Shown piece by piece: positions 37,613 through 46,108 of a stretch of DNA of 64,000 bases. A program made the position numbers and the translations under genes. Position 1 is the first letter of the stretch, and the number at the start of each line of letters is the position of its first letter. Source of the stretch: a virus; the IMG/VR virus record IMGVR_UViG_3300025687_007517, positions 1 to 64,000 of that record; one strand, given 5' to 3'. The notes under the pieces were generated by a model, which had not been told where the DNA came from, searched no databases, and saw nothing but the letters and a program-made list of their open reading frames with translations.

Positions 37613-38490
37613 TAGACTCTCCGGTGTGGGTCAGACAAATACAGGCGATAGTTTTCCCCTATTTTCTCTGTTAAAACTTCAGTAGATAAATTACAAGCAT
37701 GACCATGACCCAGATTATAAAATTCTATGTCTTTTCCAATGTCGTGAAGTACATAATCCCAAAACTCAAGGTATTGGTTTTTGTATTTTTGTTCCAGTTT
37801 CACGCCAGTAAAGTTTCTCTCGTAAGTACCATCTTTTTTTTTGTCTTTTTGAAACCCGTGGTGATTTTCGTCTTTGTCGTTTTCAAGATGTTTGTACCCG
37901 TCCATGCCTATTATTGATATGCTTTTTGGTTTCAACGAGCAAACAAACGAAGCAATCCTGACCATCGCTCCTATTTTTGAATGGTATCTTGTATGAGCCC
38001 AGAAAATCCTGTCGCCATATTTTTCTTTAAACAAAGATAGCTCATTTTGTGACCGACCTATGTTTTCAAACCCTATTAGGTGAGAGGTGTTTTCTAAATG
38101 CGCCACTAATCTTGGGTCTTGTGGCTTCACTTCGTCTCCTAAAAAAACAAATGACATTGGGATTTTAGCAGCATACTCGTTGACAAAATAGTGGTTACAG
38201 CTAACAACTTTATCATAATCTCCAACAGTAGAAAAATCAAATGAATTTAAAGAGGGACCACCGCCAATCAACAAGACAGAAGAGCCATTAAATTCTTCAA
38301 ACTCTTTTTTCTTTTGATAAAATACTTCTCCGTTGACAACGACCTCTCCCCCGCCAAGATGAGGGACTATGGCGCTTTTTACATAATCCAAGCCTCGGTG
38401 GGGGTTATTAATAAAGCCATATCTATCCCAAATAAAGGAACTGTTAGAGGGGCTTTCCGTTTTCCATGTTTTTTCTTCTGTCCAAATCAT
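37612..38490 (-). CDS. Maf/GT42-like nonulosonate transferase candidate
   Basis: LLIGGGPSL..FDF......VVSCNHYF and ISIIGMDGY resemble CstII-type (IAGNGPSL..CNQFY, GIDFY) and Maf motifs. Confidence 0.55.
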   Translation of the reverse strand: MIWTEEKTWKTESPSNSSFIWDRYGFINNPHRGLDYVKSAIVPHLGGGEVVVNGEVFYQKKKEFEEFNGSSVLLIGGGPSLNSFDFSTVGDYDKVVSCNHYFVNEYAAKIPMSFVFLGDEVKPQDPRLVAHLENTSHLIGFENIGRSQNELSLFKEKYGDRIFWAHTRYHSKIGAMVRIASFVCSLKPKSISIIGMDGYKHLENDKDENHHGFQKDKKKDGTYERNFTGVKLEQKYKNQYLEFWDYVLHDIGKDIEFYNLGHGHACNLSTEVLTEKIGENYRLYLSDPHRRV

Positions 38491-39185
38491 ATAATCAACT
38501 CCCTTGTTTTTTTGTAACCAATGTTAAAAATGGCATCAAGAACACACAAGTGAGAAATAAAGTCTCCATACCTTTGATCATAAATTGGGTGTTCATAATT
38601 ATGATATTTTATTTCTATACCACTTTCACCAAAAACATCAGGAGACTCTTCTATATATTTTCTGGATGCTGGTGCTGATAAATAAGTTTTTGCACCAAGC
38701 TCTTCACATATGTTACAAAGATACTTTTCTCGTTTACCACTTGAAGAGAGATTGGAACTGTAAATAAGTTCAGTTTTTAACTGCAATTTTTCACAGGCAT
38801 CTTTAATTATAGAACAGTTTAAGTCACTTAGGGTGTCATAATTTTTTACTAAAATTTCTTTTATAAAACTAATACCATCATTGTAAAATTTTGATTTTGA
38901 ATAATTTTGTTCTATTGTGCTTAAGGTGTTTTCTTTCCACTTGTCATCAATTGCGATTTGACAATCTTTTATTAATGCTCTTGAATTCCCTTTTTTAACT
39001 GGGACTGTGATAAAATATTCTCCATTTGGTGTTTTAATTCTATTTCTAGTTTGCCAAGATCTTTTTACCACTTGAACATCATCAAAAAAAACAAACACAT
39101 CACTCTTATTTATCATACTAAAATAGCCGATCCAAGGCATGAATGTTGGTTGCATTATTGCAACGGTTTTATTCTTCAACTGCAT
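38487..39185 (-). CDS. WbqC-like protein
   Basis: AIMQPTFMPWIGYF, DDVQ..KRSWQTRNRI, YLSA and SHLCVLDAIFN. Confidence 0.85.
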   Translation of the reverse strand: MQLKNKTVAIMQPTFMPWIGYFSMINKSDVFVFFDDVQVVKRSWQTRNRIKTPNGEYFITVPVKKGNSRALIKDCQIAIDDKWKENTLSTIEQNYSKSKFYNDGISFIKEILVKNYDTLSDLNCSIIKDACEKLQLKTELIYSSNLSSSGKREKYLCNICEELGAKTYLSAPASRKYIEESPDVFGESGIEIKYHNYEHPIYDQRYGDFISHLCVLDAIFNIGYKKTRELII

Positions 39186-40053
39186 ATCCCACCCCAGTTA
39201 AACCGTAGCCATTTCCATTATAAAGCATATATTTTTTATTGTTGTGCTTAAATACGCAAGGATAGGCAACCATTTCAGAATCCCACCCTTCTATAGAGAC
39301 GCCTAGAACTTCTTTTTTATCGCGTAACCAAAGTTTACCATCTTCTGATGTTGCCCTTCCGATTCTGTAAGTTTTTTCTGGGTCTTTGTATGAAAAGAAC
39401 ATTTCATATCCATTAGCTGTCTTTAATACATTCGGTCTCGCTAGAGCGGTTTCCTTTCCCTGCAACTCAATCGCAACGTCGGCGTTTCTTTGCCAATTAA
39501 TACCATCATCAGAAACTGCATATTTGATGTTGTATTTTGGAAGGTTCTTATTAATCCACCCTTCGCCAGAAACATACCACATCTTATATTTATTATCGTC
39601 AAAAATTACCCAAGGAGCAGTTAAAATCCCATAAGGCTCTTTGTCTGTTTTTTGAAATAGTGGGGCGCGAGAGTGTCTTTTAATGTCCCCATCCTTTTTT
39701 ATTGCCAATCCCATAATTAAGCTCATTCTATACGTTGTCGTACCAGAATTCCAGCCTATATAATAAAGTTTATCTTGAAGCATACATGATGGAGTTACAC
39801 CATTGTCATCAAAGCAACCTCGTTCACCAATTGAAAAGACTGGTTCTGTAGAATATGATATAACTTTAATATTGTCGCCATCTATGGCAATTTCACTGGC
39901 ACCAATGTGTGAAACATTGTTCTCATCGCGCCCAGAGTAATAAACGATATATTTGTTGTCTTCAACGTGTCTAACTGTCGGCAACATTGCATGAGTTTTC
40001 ATCCACCATAAATTATTCTGCGGACTTATAATCACACCCTTCTTTTTCCACAT
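39169..40053 (-). CDS. Five-bladed beta-propeller glycoside hydrolase-like protein
   Basis: MWKKKG, GCFDDNGV, repeated YAVSDDGINW / RATSEDGKLW blades, WDSEMVAYP and YNGNGYG. Confidence 0.7.
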   Translation of the reverse strand: MWKKKGVIISPQNNLWWMKTHAMLPTVRHVEDNKYIVYYSGRDENNVSHIGASEIAIDGDNIKVISYSTEPVFSIGERGCFDDNGVTPSCMLQDKLYYIGWNSGTTTYRMSLIMGLAIKKDGDIKRHSRAPLFQKTDKEPYGILTAPWVIFDDNKYKMWYVSGEGWINKNLPKYNIKYAVSDDGINWQRNADVAIELQGKETALARPNVLKTANGYEMFFSYKDPEKTYRIGRATSEDGKLWLRDKKEVLGVSIEGWDSEMVAYPCVFKHNNKKYMLYNGNGYGLTGVGYAVEE

Positions 40054-40055
40054 AA

Positions 40056-40751
40056 CTACTCCGTTGTCTTTTTAAAATAAGAAGCCATGATTTTTTTATT
40101 TAAATCACTTTTTTTGTCAAAAATGCTGCTTTTGCTCGCAAGAATTGCATCCCCATCATTCAAATTTTTTGTTACACCAGCGGACATTCCTACAAAACAA
40201 TCATCTCCGATATTGACAAAATCAGCCACTGTTGAATTTACTCCTAAAAAACACCTCTGACCTATTTTAACATGTCCAGAAATACAAACGTGGCTACTGA
40301 TGTAGGTGTGATCTGATATTGAACAATTGTGACCAAGGTGGTTTCCACTCCAAATCATAACATTGTTTCCTATAGAAACTGTTGGTTGTATAGTTTGGTT
40401 TTCCAAAACAAAGCAATTATCGCCAATGTTAAGATCACTCCACACAACTGATTTTGAGCAGACATAACTGACTAGTTCATACCCCATGTTTTTCATGAAG
40501 AAATATTTTTCTTCACGAATTTTGTTCAACTTTCTGTATGAAAGCGCAACGTGTGCTTTATAGAGATTAGGAGGGTATTTTTTACTTACTTCTGTTGCGG
40601 CAACCAATGGAAGTCCTAAAAAACTATCACTATTAACATATTGTTCATCTGCTGTAAAAGCAACAACCTCATATTGACTATCATGTGTAAAATAATAGCA
40701 CGCCAATTCTGCATACTCTCCAGTACCAAAAATTATAATTTTATTTTTCAT
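40056..40751 (-). CDS. NeuD/PglD-family hexapeptide acyltransferase
   Basis: IIIFGTG N-terminal domain plus left-handed beta-helix repeats (IGDNCF, IGNNVMI, GH, IGQRCF). Confidence 0.85.
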   Translation of the reverse strand: MKNKIIIFGTGEYAELACYYFTHDSQYEVVAFTADEQYVNSDSFLGLPLVAATEVSKKYPPNLYKAHVALSYRKLNKIREEKYFFMKNMGYELVSYVCSKSVVWSDLNIGDNCFVLENQTIQPTVSIGNNVMIWSGNHLGHNCSISDHTYISSHVCISGHVKIGQRCFLGVNSTVADFVNIGDDCFVGMSAGVTKNLNDGDAILASKSSIFDKKSDLNKKIMASYFKKTTE

Positions 40752-41436
40752 TTAAAAAATATTCCTTATTTTTGTACAACACTTCAGCAATTTTGAATTG
40801 CCACTCATAATCAATATCAAATGTTTCTTTTTCGTGAACAACAAACAACTCAGGATCGTTTTTTACAAAGTTCCCTAGATAAATTCCTTGTTCAATTCTG
40901 CTCATTTTTCCAGCATAGAGGCAATGTGCGGCTTCATAACATGTTTCTACCAATTTTGTATCCATTGTACCGGGATATTTTGTTTTTAAAACACCATCTG
41001 TGTTCCAATAAAAATTCTTTTTTTCATGAACAGCAAACAAACTATCATTTTCTGAATTTAGAAAATGGTTGACAAATGAATCAATAGTTTCAATAGTTAA
41101 AATTGGACAACACGCATTAATAATAATATAATATTTCCGATCTAACTTATTGTACCATTCTGAAACGACCCTAGTATCTTTACTTTCTCCTACAGATTTT
41201 TCAGATCTATGATAGATGTTGATATCGTATTTTTTAGCTATTTCTTTTAGTTCTTGGTCATAAAGAGAGACATAAAAGCTATCTTTGGGGATCACCTTGG
41301 AAGAAAGAATTTTTTCAATTGCAATTTCAAATAGGTTTTTGTTAGCAAACTCTTTAAGCATTTTATTTGGTATTCTTGTTGAGTTGGCTCTTGCTTGCAC
41401 TATTATTGCTAAATCTTTAATTTTCTTTTGTGCCAT
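40741..41436 (-). CDS. neuA: CMP-nonulosonate synthetase (cytidylyltransferase) 2
   Basis: IIVQARANSTRIPNKMLK and FDIDYEWQF. Confidence 0.8.
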   Translation of the reverse strand: MAQKKIKDLAIIVQARANSTRIPNKMLKEFANKNLFEIAIEKILSSKVIPKDSFYVSLYDQELKEIAKKYDINIYHRSEKSVGESKDTRVVSEWYNKLDRKYYIIINACCPILTIETIDSFVNHFLNSENDSLFAVHEKKNFYWNTDGVLKTKYPGTMDTKLVETCYEAAHCLYAGKMSRIEQGIYLGNFVKNDPELFVVHEKETFDIDYEWQFKIAEVLYKNKEYFLNEK

Positions 41437-41614
41437 TATTCGCCAACCTATCACTTAATTGTTGAATTTTTCTATCGCATTCTTTTATTTCTGAGAATAA
41501 AGATCTTGCTCTTTCTGGTGCTAATTCAAAACACATTCTTACAACGTCCATCCAATTAACATTATTTCTTGCACGAATTTCTTGTATTTCGTCAATGATT
41601 TGTTCATCTGTCAA
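41417..41614 (-). CDS. Small helical hypothetical protein between neuB and neuA
   Basis: 65 aa with a GGAG RBS; overlaps both neighbours. Confidence 0.65.
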   Translation of the reverse strand: MTDEQIIDEIQEIRARNNVNWMDVVRMCFELAPERARSLFSEIKECDRKIQQLSDRLANNGTKEN

Positions 41615-42626
41615 TTTTTACTCCTTTTGTTAAATTATCAAACTTTAAAAACTCGTCTTCCGCAAGATCATCATTAAAGACATAGCCAGAATCAGATATT
41701 TTAAAAAAATCAGATGCTGGTATGTTATTTTCATAAAATGGTCTTTTGGTTGTTAAATTCTCTTTGGAAGCTAGTTCCCCTTTTTTTACACTTCTTTTTA
41801 AAACAATGGACCTTCTACCTTGAAAAGAATTTTCTTTTTCACTGTCTGTAAACATGTTTTTAATTCCTTTTGAGTTTTCTGCCAATCTGATTAGTTCGGT
41901 CATTTTCTTTAATTCATCAGGTTCTAATGCAAAAGAATGATCAGGTCCATTCATTTTTTTAGATAATGTAAAATGCTTTTCTATACATTCTGCTCCGCGC
42001 ATTACAGCAAAAGAAGGAGTTACATATGATAAAGTGTGGTCGGAAAGTCCAACTTTAATGTCATACCTTTCTTTTATTGCATCTATTGTGTTCAAGTTAA
42101 TTTCTTCTTGCGGGGTTGGATAAGCACTATTGCAATGTAATATTGTGATATCTTCACACCCAACACTATAACAAGTCGTCAATATTTTTTCTATAAATTC
42201 TAATCCACACCCAAGACCTGCGGAAACAATCAATGGTAGTTTTGTTGATGCTGCATAATTAATAAACCTCAAATCAGTGCTTTCAAAACCAGAAATTTTT
42301 ATTCTCTTAACACCGATATCATACAAAAAATCAACTGCTTGCTCATCAAAAGGTGTGCACATAAACTCTATATTTTGATCCGAACAATAGCTTTTCAGGT
42401 CTTTGAGCCATTGGTTTGTTACCTCTAGAGGTTTAAAAAGTTTAAACACGTTAAACCCATTTACATTATGACTTTTGGTACTAAAAAGTTTTTGTGCCTT
42501 AAAAGACTGAAATTTCACTGCATCGGCACCACAATCTTTGGCGACATTTACTAGTTTTTTAGCGATATCAAAATCACCATTGTGGTTTGAGCCAGCCTCT
42601 GCTATTACAAATGTATTGTTTTTCAT
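41604..42626 (-). CDS. neuB: Nonulosonic acid synthase with C-terminal SAF domain (PseI/NeuB-like) 2
   Basis: IAEAGSNHNG, AVKFQ, CTPFD, KISG, LHCNSAYP, GLSDHT, IEKHFT and a C-terminal RRS...TTKRP. Confidence 0.9.
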   Translation of the reverse strand: MKNNTFVIAEAGSNHNGDFDIAKKLVNVAKDCGADAVKFQSFKAQKLFSTKSHNVNGFNVFKLFKPLEVTNQWLKDLKSYCSDQNIEFMCTPFDEQAVDFLYDIGVKRIKISGFESTDLRFINYAASTKLPLIVSAGLGCGLEFIEKILTTCYSVGCEDITILHCNSAYPTPQEEINLNTIDAIKERYDIKVGLSDHTLSYVTPSFAVMRGAECIEKHFTLSKKMNGPDHSFALEPDELKKMTELIRLAENSKGIKNMFTDSEKENSFQGRRSIVLKRSVKKGELASKENLTTKRPFYENNIPASDFFKISDSGYVFNDDLAEDEFLKFDNLTKGVKIDR

Positions 42627-42633
42627 ACAATAA

Positions 42634-42662
42634 TTTTATCACACAACTAAAACATTGTTAAC
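42634..42662 (-). promoter_or_regulatory. Sigma70-like promoter, probably leaderless mRNA for neuB-2
   Basis: Minus strand reads TTAACA-17 nt-TAAAAT, ending about 6-7 nt before the ATG at 42626; no RBS. Confidence 0.4.
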
Positions 42663-43609
42663 TTGTGTAATGGCAGGTTCAGAATCTTGTGATGTATTTT
42701 TTCAAGAAACGGAAGAACCTGTGAGGATTTGTAGTACCTCATCTTATGAAGCATAGGATAGTGTCTAGATAGCCCCATAATCTCAATCGTTTTATTGGCG
42801 TCTTCACACAAAGTTGTAGCAAAATAATAAGAAGATTTGTTGTCGTGTGGTAACAGTGTTTTAGAAGAAGCAAGTTTTTCATAGTTTAATTTTCTTTGCA
42901 ACAACAGGTGTTCATATCTTTTTATCTGAGTCAGACCAATTGTAGCATTTAGATTATTCATGTAGAATTTAAATCCATCAACAGATATATTGTATGAATT
43001 GCCCTGCTGTTCTCTCCCAAAGTTTCTATACCGCAAAAAATAGTCGTTTGCGCGGGAGTCGTCGGTAGAAATCATACCACCGTCTGATGTACATATCGGC
43101 TTATATGGATGAAACGAGAAGAAAACAAAGTTACAATTAATAGTGGGAGTCACGCAATGAGCGCTGTCAACGACCACAATTTCGTCTCCCACAAGGTCAA
43201 AGTCGAGAATTTTACTGACGCCGCCGTACAACACCGGCATGACCACAACCTTATTTTTTGTGGGCTTTCGTATTTTTTTATAATGTTTTGAACAGAACTG
43301 CAAATTTTCCTGTACATCTACAAAATAAAGATTGTGACCAAAATGTTTAGCTGCCCATGCAGGAGATGTGAAACCCAAAGAAGTTGTGTAAACATCGCAT
43401 ATACCATGTGTGTCGCGTAGATAAGAATATATCATAAAAGCGGCGGCTGATGCTGAATTTGTTGATGCATTGTACTTTTTGTTTGAAAAATTAGAGAAAT
43501 GGTTTTCAAATAAACGAACGTTTTCTCCAAAGCCCAACTCTCCAGAAGATATAACTTTTGTTATCTGATTGATATCAGCATCGTTTATTTTAGTTTCAAA
43601 CAGTTTCAC
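42647..43609 (-). CDS. pseC: DegT/PseC-family PLP aminotransferase
   Basis: NSASAA, VVDSAH and FSFHPYKPICTSDGGM (PLP lysine). The GTG start overlaps the pseB stop. Confidence 0.8.
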   Translation of the reverse strand: MKLFETKINDADINQITKVISSGELGFGENVRLFENHFSNFSNKKYNASTNSASAAAFMIYSYLRDTHGICDVYTTSLGFTSPAWAAKHFGHNLYFVDVQENLQFCSKHYKKIRKPTKNKVVVMPVLYGGVSKILDFDLVGDEIVVVDSAHCVTPTINCNFVFFSFHPYKPICTSDGGMISTDDSRANDYFLRYRNFGREQQGNSYNISVDGFKFYMNNLNATIGLTQIKRYEHLLLQRKLNYEKLASSKTLLPHDNKSSYYFATTLCEDANKTIEIMGLSRHYPMLHKMRYYKSSQVLPFLEKIHHKILNLPLHKLTMF

Positions 43610-44592
43610 GAGCAAACCAAACCTTTGTTTATTAAACAAATCAACTTTTCTTTATCACACTGAACCCATAAAGATGAGTTGAATTCTTGACCATTATATT
43701 TGTTGAATTCTTGATAACTCTTTGAGGTGTATTGTGGTCTAACTTGAAGGAGGTTTGTCCCTGCAACTTCATAAGTAAATGGCAGTTCGGTCTTTGCCAA
43801 CATGTCCTCGTGCAGCTTTTCTCCCGGTCTAATACCACTGATCTTGGTTTTCACGTTCGTGTTTAAAATTTCCGCAACAGCTTCGACGCATTGAGGTAAC
43901 GTATAAGAATCGATTTTTGGGATAAACACCTCTCCCCCAATTGCATTTTCTAGAGAGCTAAGAACGGTGTCAACTGCATCCTCAAGAGTAAACAAAAAGC
44001 GTGTCATTTCTGTTGAAGTCACATTAACGGTTTGACCTTTTTTAATTGCTGATATCCATAGGGGAATAAACGAACCACGAGACGCAATAACGTTTCCATA
44101 TCTTACAGATGCGAAGACAGTGTAATTTGAATTATAGTCGTAATTCGTAAAAATCCTTTCTGCAATAAACTTTGACGAACCATAAACATTTACAGGTTGA
44201 CAAGCCTTATCTGTTGATATAAGGACACACTTGCTCACGCCTGCGTGTAAAGAGGAAATTGCAACATTTTCAGAGCCAACAATGTTTGTTTTTACACACT
44301 CATCTGGGTACATCTCCATATCGTCAACTCTCTTGAGTGCTGCTGTATGAATTACATAGTCTGGTTTATGGAGCATCATAGATGTTTTTAGTTTTTCTAA
44401 ATCTCTTACATCTCCAATAACCCTTTTTACTTCTTTGTCTGCACCGAAATACAGTGCCTGTTTACCCTCATCTCGACTATAGATAATAATTTTACAACCA
44501 AGACTCTTCAATCTCTTAATTAGCGCACGCCCAAGAGAACCTGTTCCACCAGTGATAAAAATTTTCTTATTGTTATAAAATTTGTTATTCAT
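43606..44592 (-). CDS. pseB: UDP-GlcNAc 4,6-dehydratase (PseB/FlaA1-like)
   Basis: ITGGTGSLG, SRDEGKQ, HTAALK, STDKA..P.NVYGSSK, VRYGNV..SRGS and IRPGEKLHE. Confidence 0.85.
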   Translation of the reverse strand: MNNKFYNNKKIFITGGTGSLGRALIKRLKSLGCKIIIYSRDEGKQALYFGADKEVKRVIGDVRDLEKLKTSMMLHKPDYVIHTAALKRVDDMEMYPDECVKTNIVGSENVAISSLHAGVSKCVLISTDKACQPVNVYGSSKFIAERIFTNYDYNSNYTVFASVRYGNVIASRGSFIPLWISAIKKGQTVNVTSTEMTRFLFTLEDAVDTVLSSLENAIGGEVFIPKIDSYTLPQCVEAVAEILNTNVKTKISGIRPGEKLHEDMLAKTELPFTYEVAGTNLLQVRPQYTSKSYQEFNKYNGQEFNSSLWVQCDKEKLICLINKGLVCS

Positions 44593-45269
44593 TTATTCCT
44601 CATTTTATAAAGGCTTTCACACATATTAAACTGCCACTCATAATCAATGTCCAGACTCTCTCTCTCTGCCATCGACCATAACTCTATATCATTTGGTTTA
44701 TTAAAATCTCCCATCCATACGCCCTGACCAACCTTCTCCAAGGAGCCAGCGTAAAGACAGTGTGCCGCCTCTTTAATGATCTTTGCTGTCTTGGTGTTCA
44801 TAACATCTTCTTTCAGTGGTGTTAGAATAGTACCGTCTTCATCCCAGAAATAATTCTTTTTGTCCATCACGGCAAACATACCAGCTTTTTCTGACTTGCA
44901 GTAATCAAAGTAAAAATTTTCAATTGTCTCTTTTGTAAGCATTGGAGCGCAAGCGTTTACCATTACAACATACTTATGTGGCAGCTTATCCCACCACTCA
45001 TACATTTCTGTCATTGGAGTGCCCTCAGACAACGCAGACTTTTCAGTTCTTTCATAAACATTAAATGGATACTTTGAACATAATTCTTTAAGTTCTGGTT
45101 CATAGACAGAGCACCAAACATTTTCATTTGGGATTTTTGAATCTTGTAATTTTTGCAAAGCAATGTCCATTAGCGTGGTATTTGCAAAAGGACGAATCAT
45201 CTTTTGTGGGCATCTTTGAGAAGAAAGCCTTGCTTGAATAATAACTGCAACGTCCTCTACTTTTTTCAT
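44589..45269 (-). CDS. neuA: CMP-nonulosonate synthetase 1
   Basis: IIQARLSSQRCPQKMIR and LDIDYEWQF; paralog of 40741..41436. Confidence 0.8.
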   Translation of the reverse strand: MKKVEDVAVIIQARLSSQRCPQKMIRPFANTTLMDIALQKLQDSKIPNENVWCSVYEPELKELCSKYPFNVYERTEKSALSEGTPMTEMYEWWDKLPHKYVVMVNACAPMLTKETIENFYFDYCKSEKAGMFAVMDKKNYFWDEDGTILTPLKEDVMNTKTAKIIKEAAHCLYAGSLEKVGQGVWMGDFNKPNDIELWSMAERESLDIDYEWQFNMCESLYKMRNK

Positions 45270-45271
45270 TT

Positions 45272-46108
45272 TTATCCTCTCAGTTTTTTACGAAATGGAA
45301 GTTCCGTATCGGTGACTCCAATTGTCCCGTCTCCAAGAGCCTGCTCAAGTTCTCTAACACCCCTTACAAGCTTAATAAGCCCTTGTGGTTCTACAGAAGA
45401 CAATTGGTCTGTTCCCCACATTGTTCTATCAAGAGTGATGTGTCGTTCAATAATCTCTGCGCCCAACATAACTGTAGCAACAGAAGTGCCAAGACGGAAT
45501 TCATGTCCACTGTAGCCAACCTTGCAGCCATAACGGTCTTTAAGGGTTTTAATGCATGACAAATTTAACTCGTCCACCGGAGCGGGGTAACTGCTGTTGC
45601 AATGCAATAAGGCAAATTCTGTGCCCTCTTCTCTCATCCACTCAACTGCTTTATCAATCTCCTCTACGGTGCTCATACCAGTAGAAACAATTAATTCTTT
45701 GTTTCTCTCGGCAGACCACCTAGAGCTAGCCCTAATCAACTCTTCGTTTGTAAGCATGGCTGAAGGGATTTTAATAAAGGGGATTTCGTAATTTGATAAA
45801 AATTCTAAACTGTCTAAATCCCATGGAGATGCAGACCACTCAACGCCCTTCTCTTTGCAGTATCTATCAATCTCGTCGTACTCTTCTTTCTCAAACTCTA
45901 CCTTGTATTTGTACTCAAGGTAAGTCATCGTGCCCCATGGCGTCTCTCTCATTACATTTTTTTGATGCTCTGGAACACAAACGTCTGGATTTCGCTTTTG
46001 AAACTTGACTGCATCACAGCCAGCTAATGAGGCTACATCGATAAGTCTTTTTGCGTTTTCTAGCGAGCCGTTGTGGTTAATACCAATTTCTGCGATTATG
46101 TATGTCAC
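45272..46108 (-). CDS. neuB: Nonulosonic acid synthase lacking SAF domain 1
   Basis: IAEIGINHNG, AVKFQKR, SPWD, KIPSA, LHCNSSYP, GYSGHE and IERHIT; the protein ends at RKKLRG. Confidence 0.9.
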   Translation of the reverse strand: MTYIIAEIGINHNGSLENAKRLIDVASLAGCDAVKFQKRNPDVCVPEHQKNVMRETPWGTMTYLEYKYKVEFEKEEYDEIDRYCKEKGVEWSASPWDLDSLEFLSNYEIPFIKIPSAMLTNEELIRASSRWSAERNKELIVSTGMSTVEEIDKAVEWMREEGTEFALLHCNSSYPAPVDELNLSCIKTLKDRYGCKVGYSGHEFRLGTSVATVMLGAEIIERHITLDRTMWGTDQLSSVEPQGLIKLVRGVRELEQALGDGTIGVTDTELPFRKKLRG

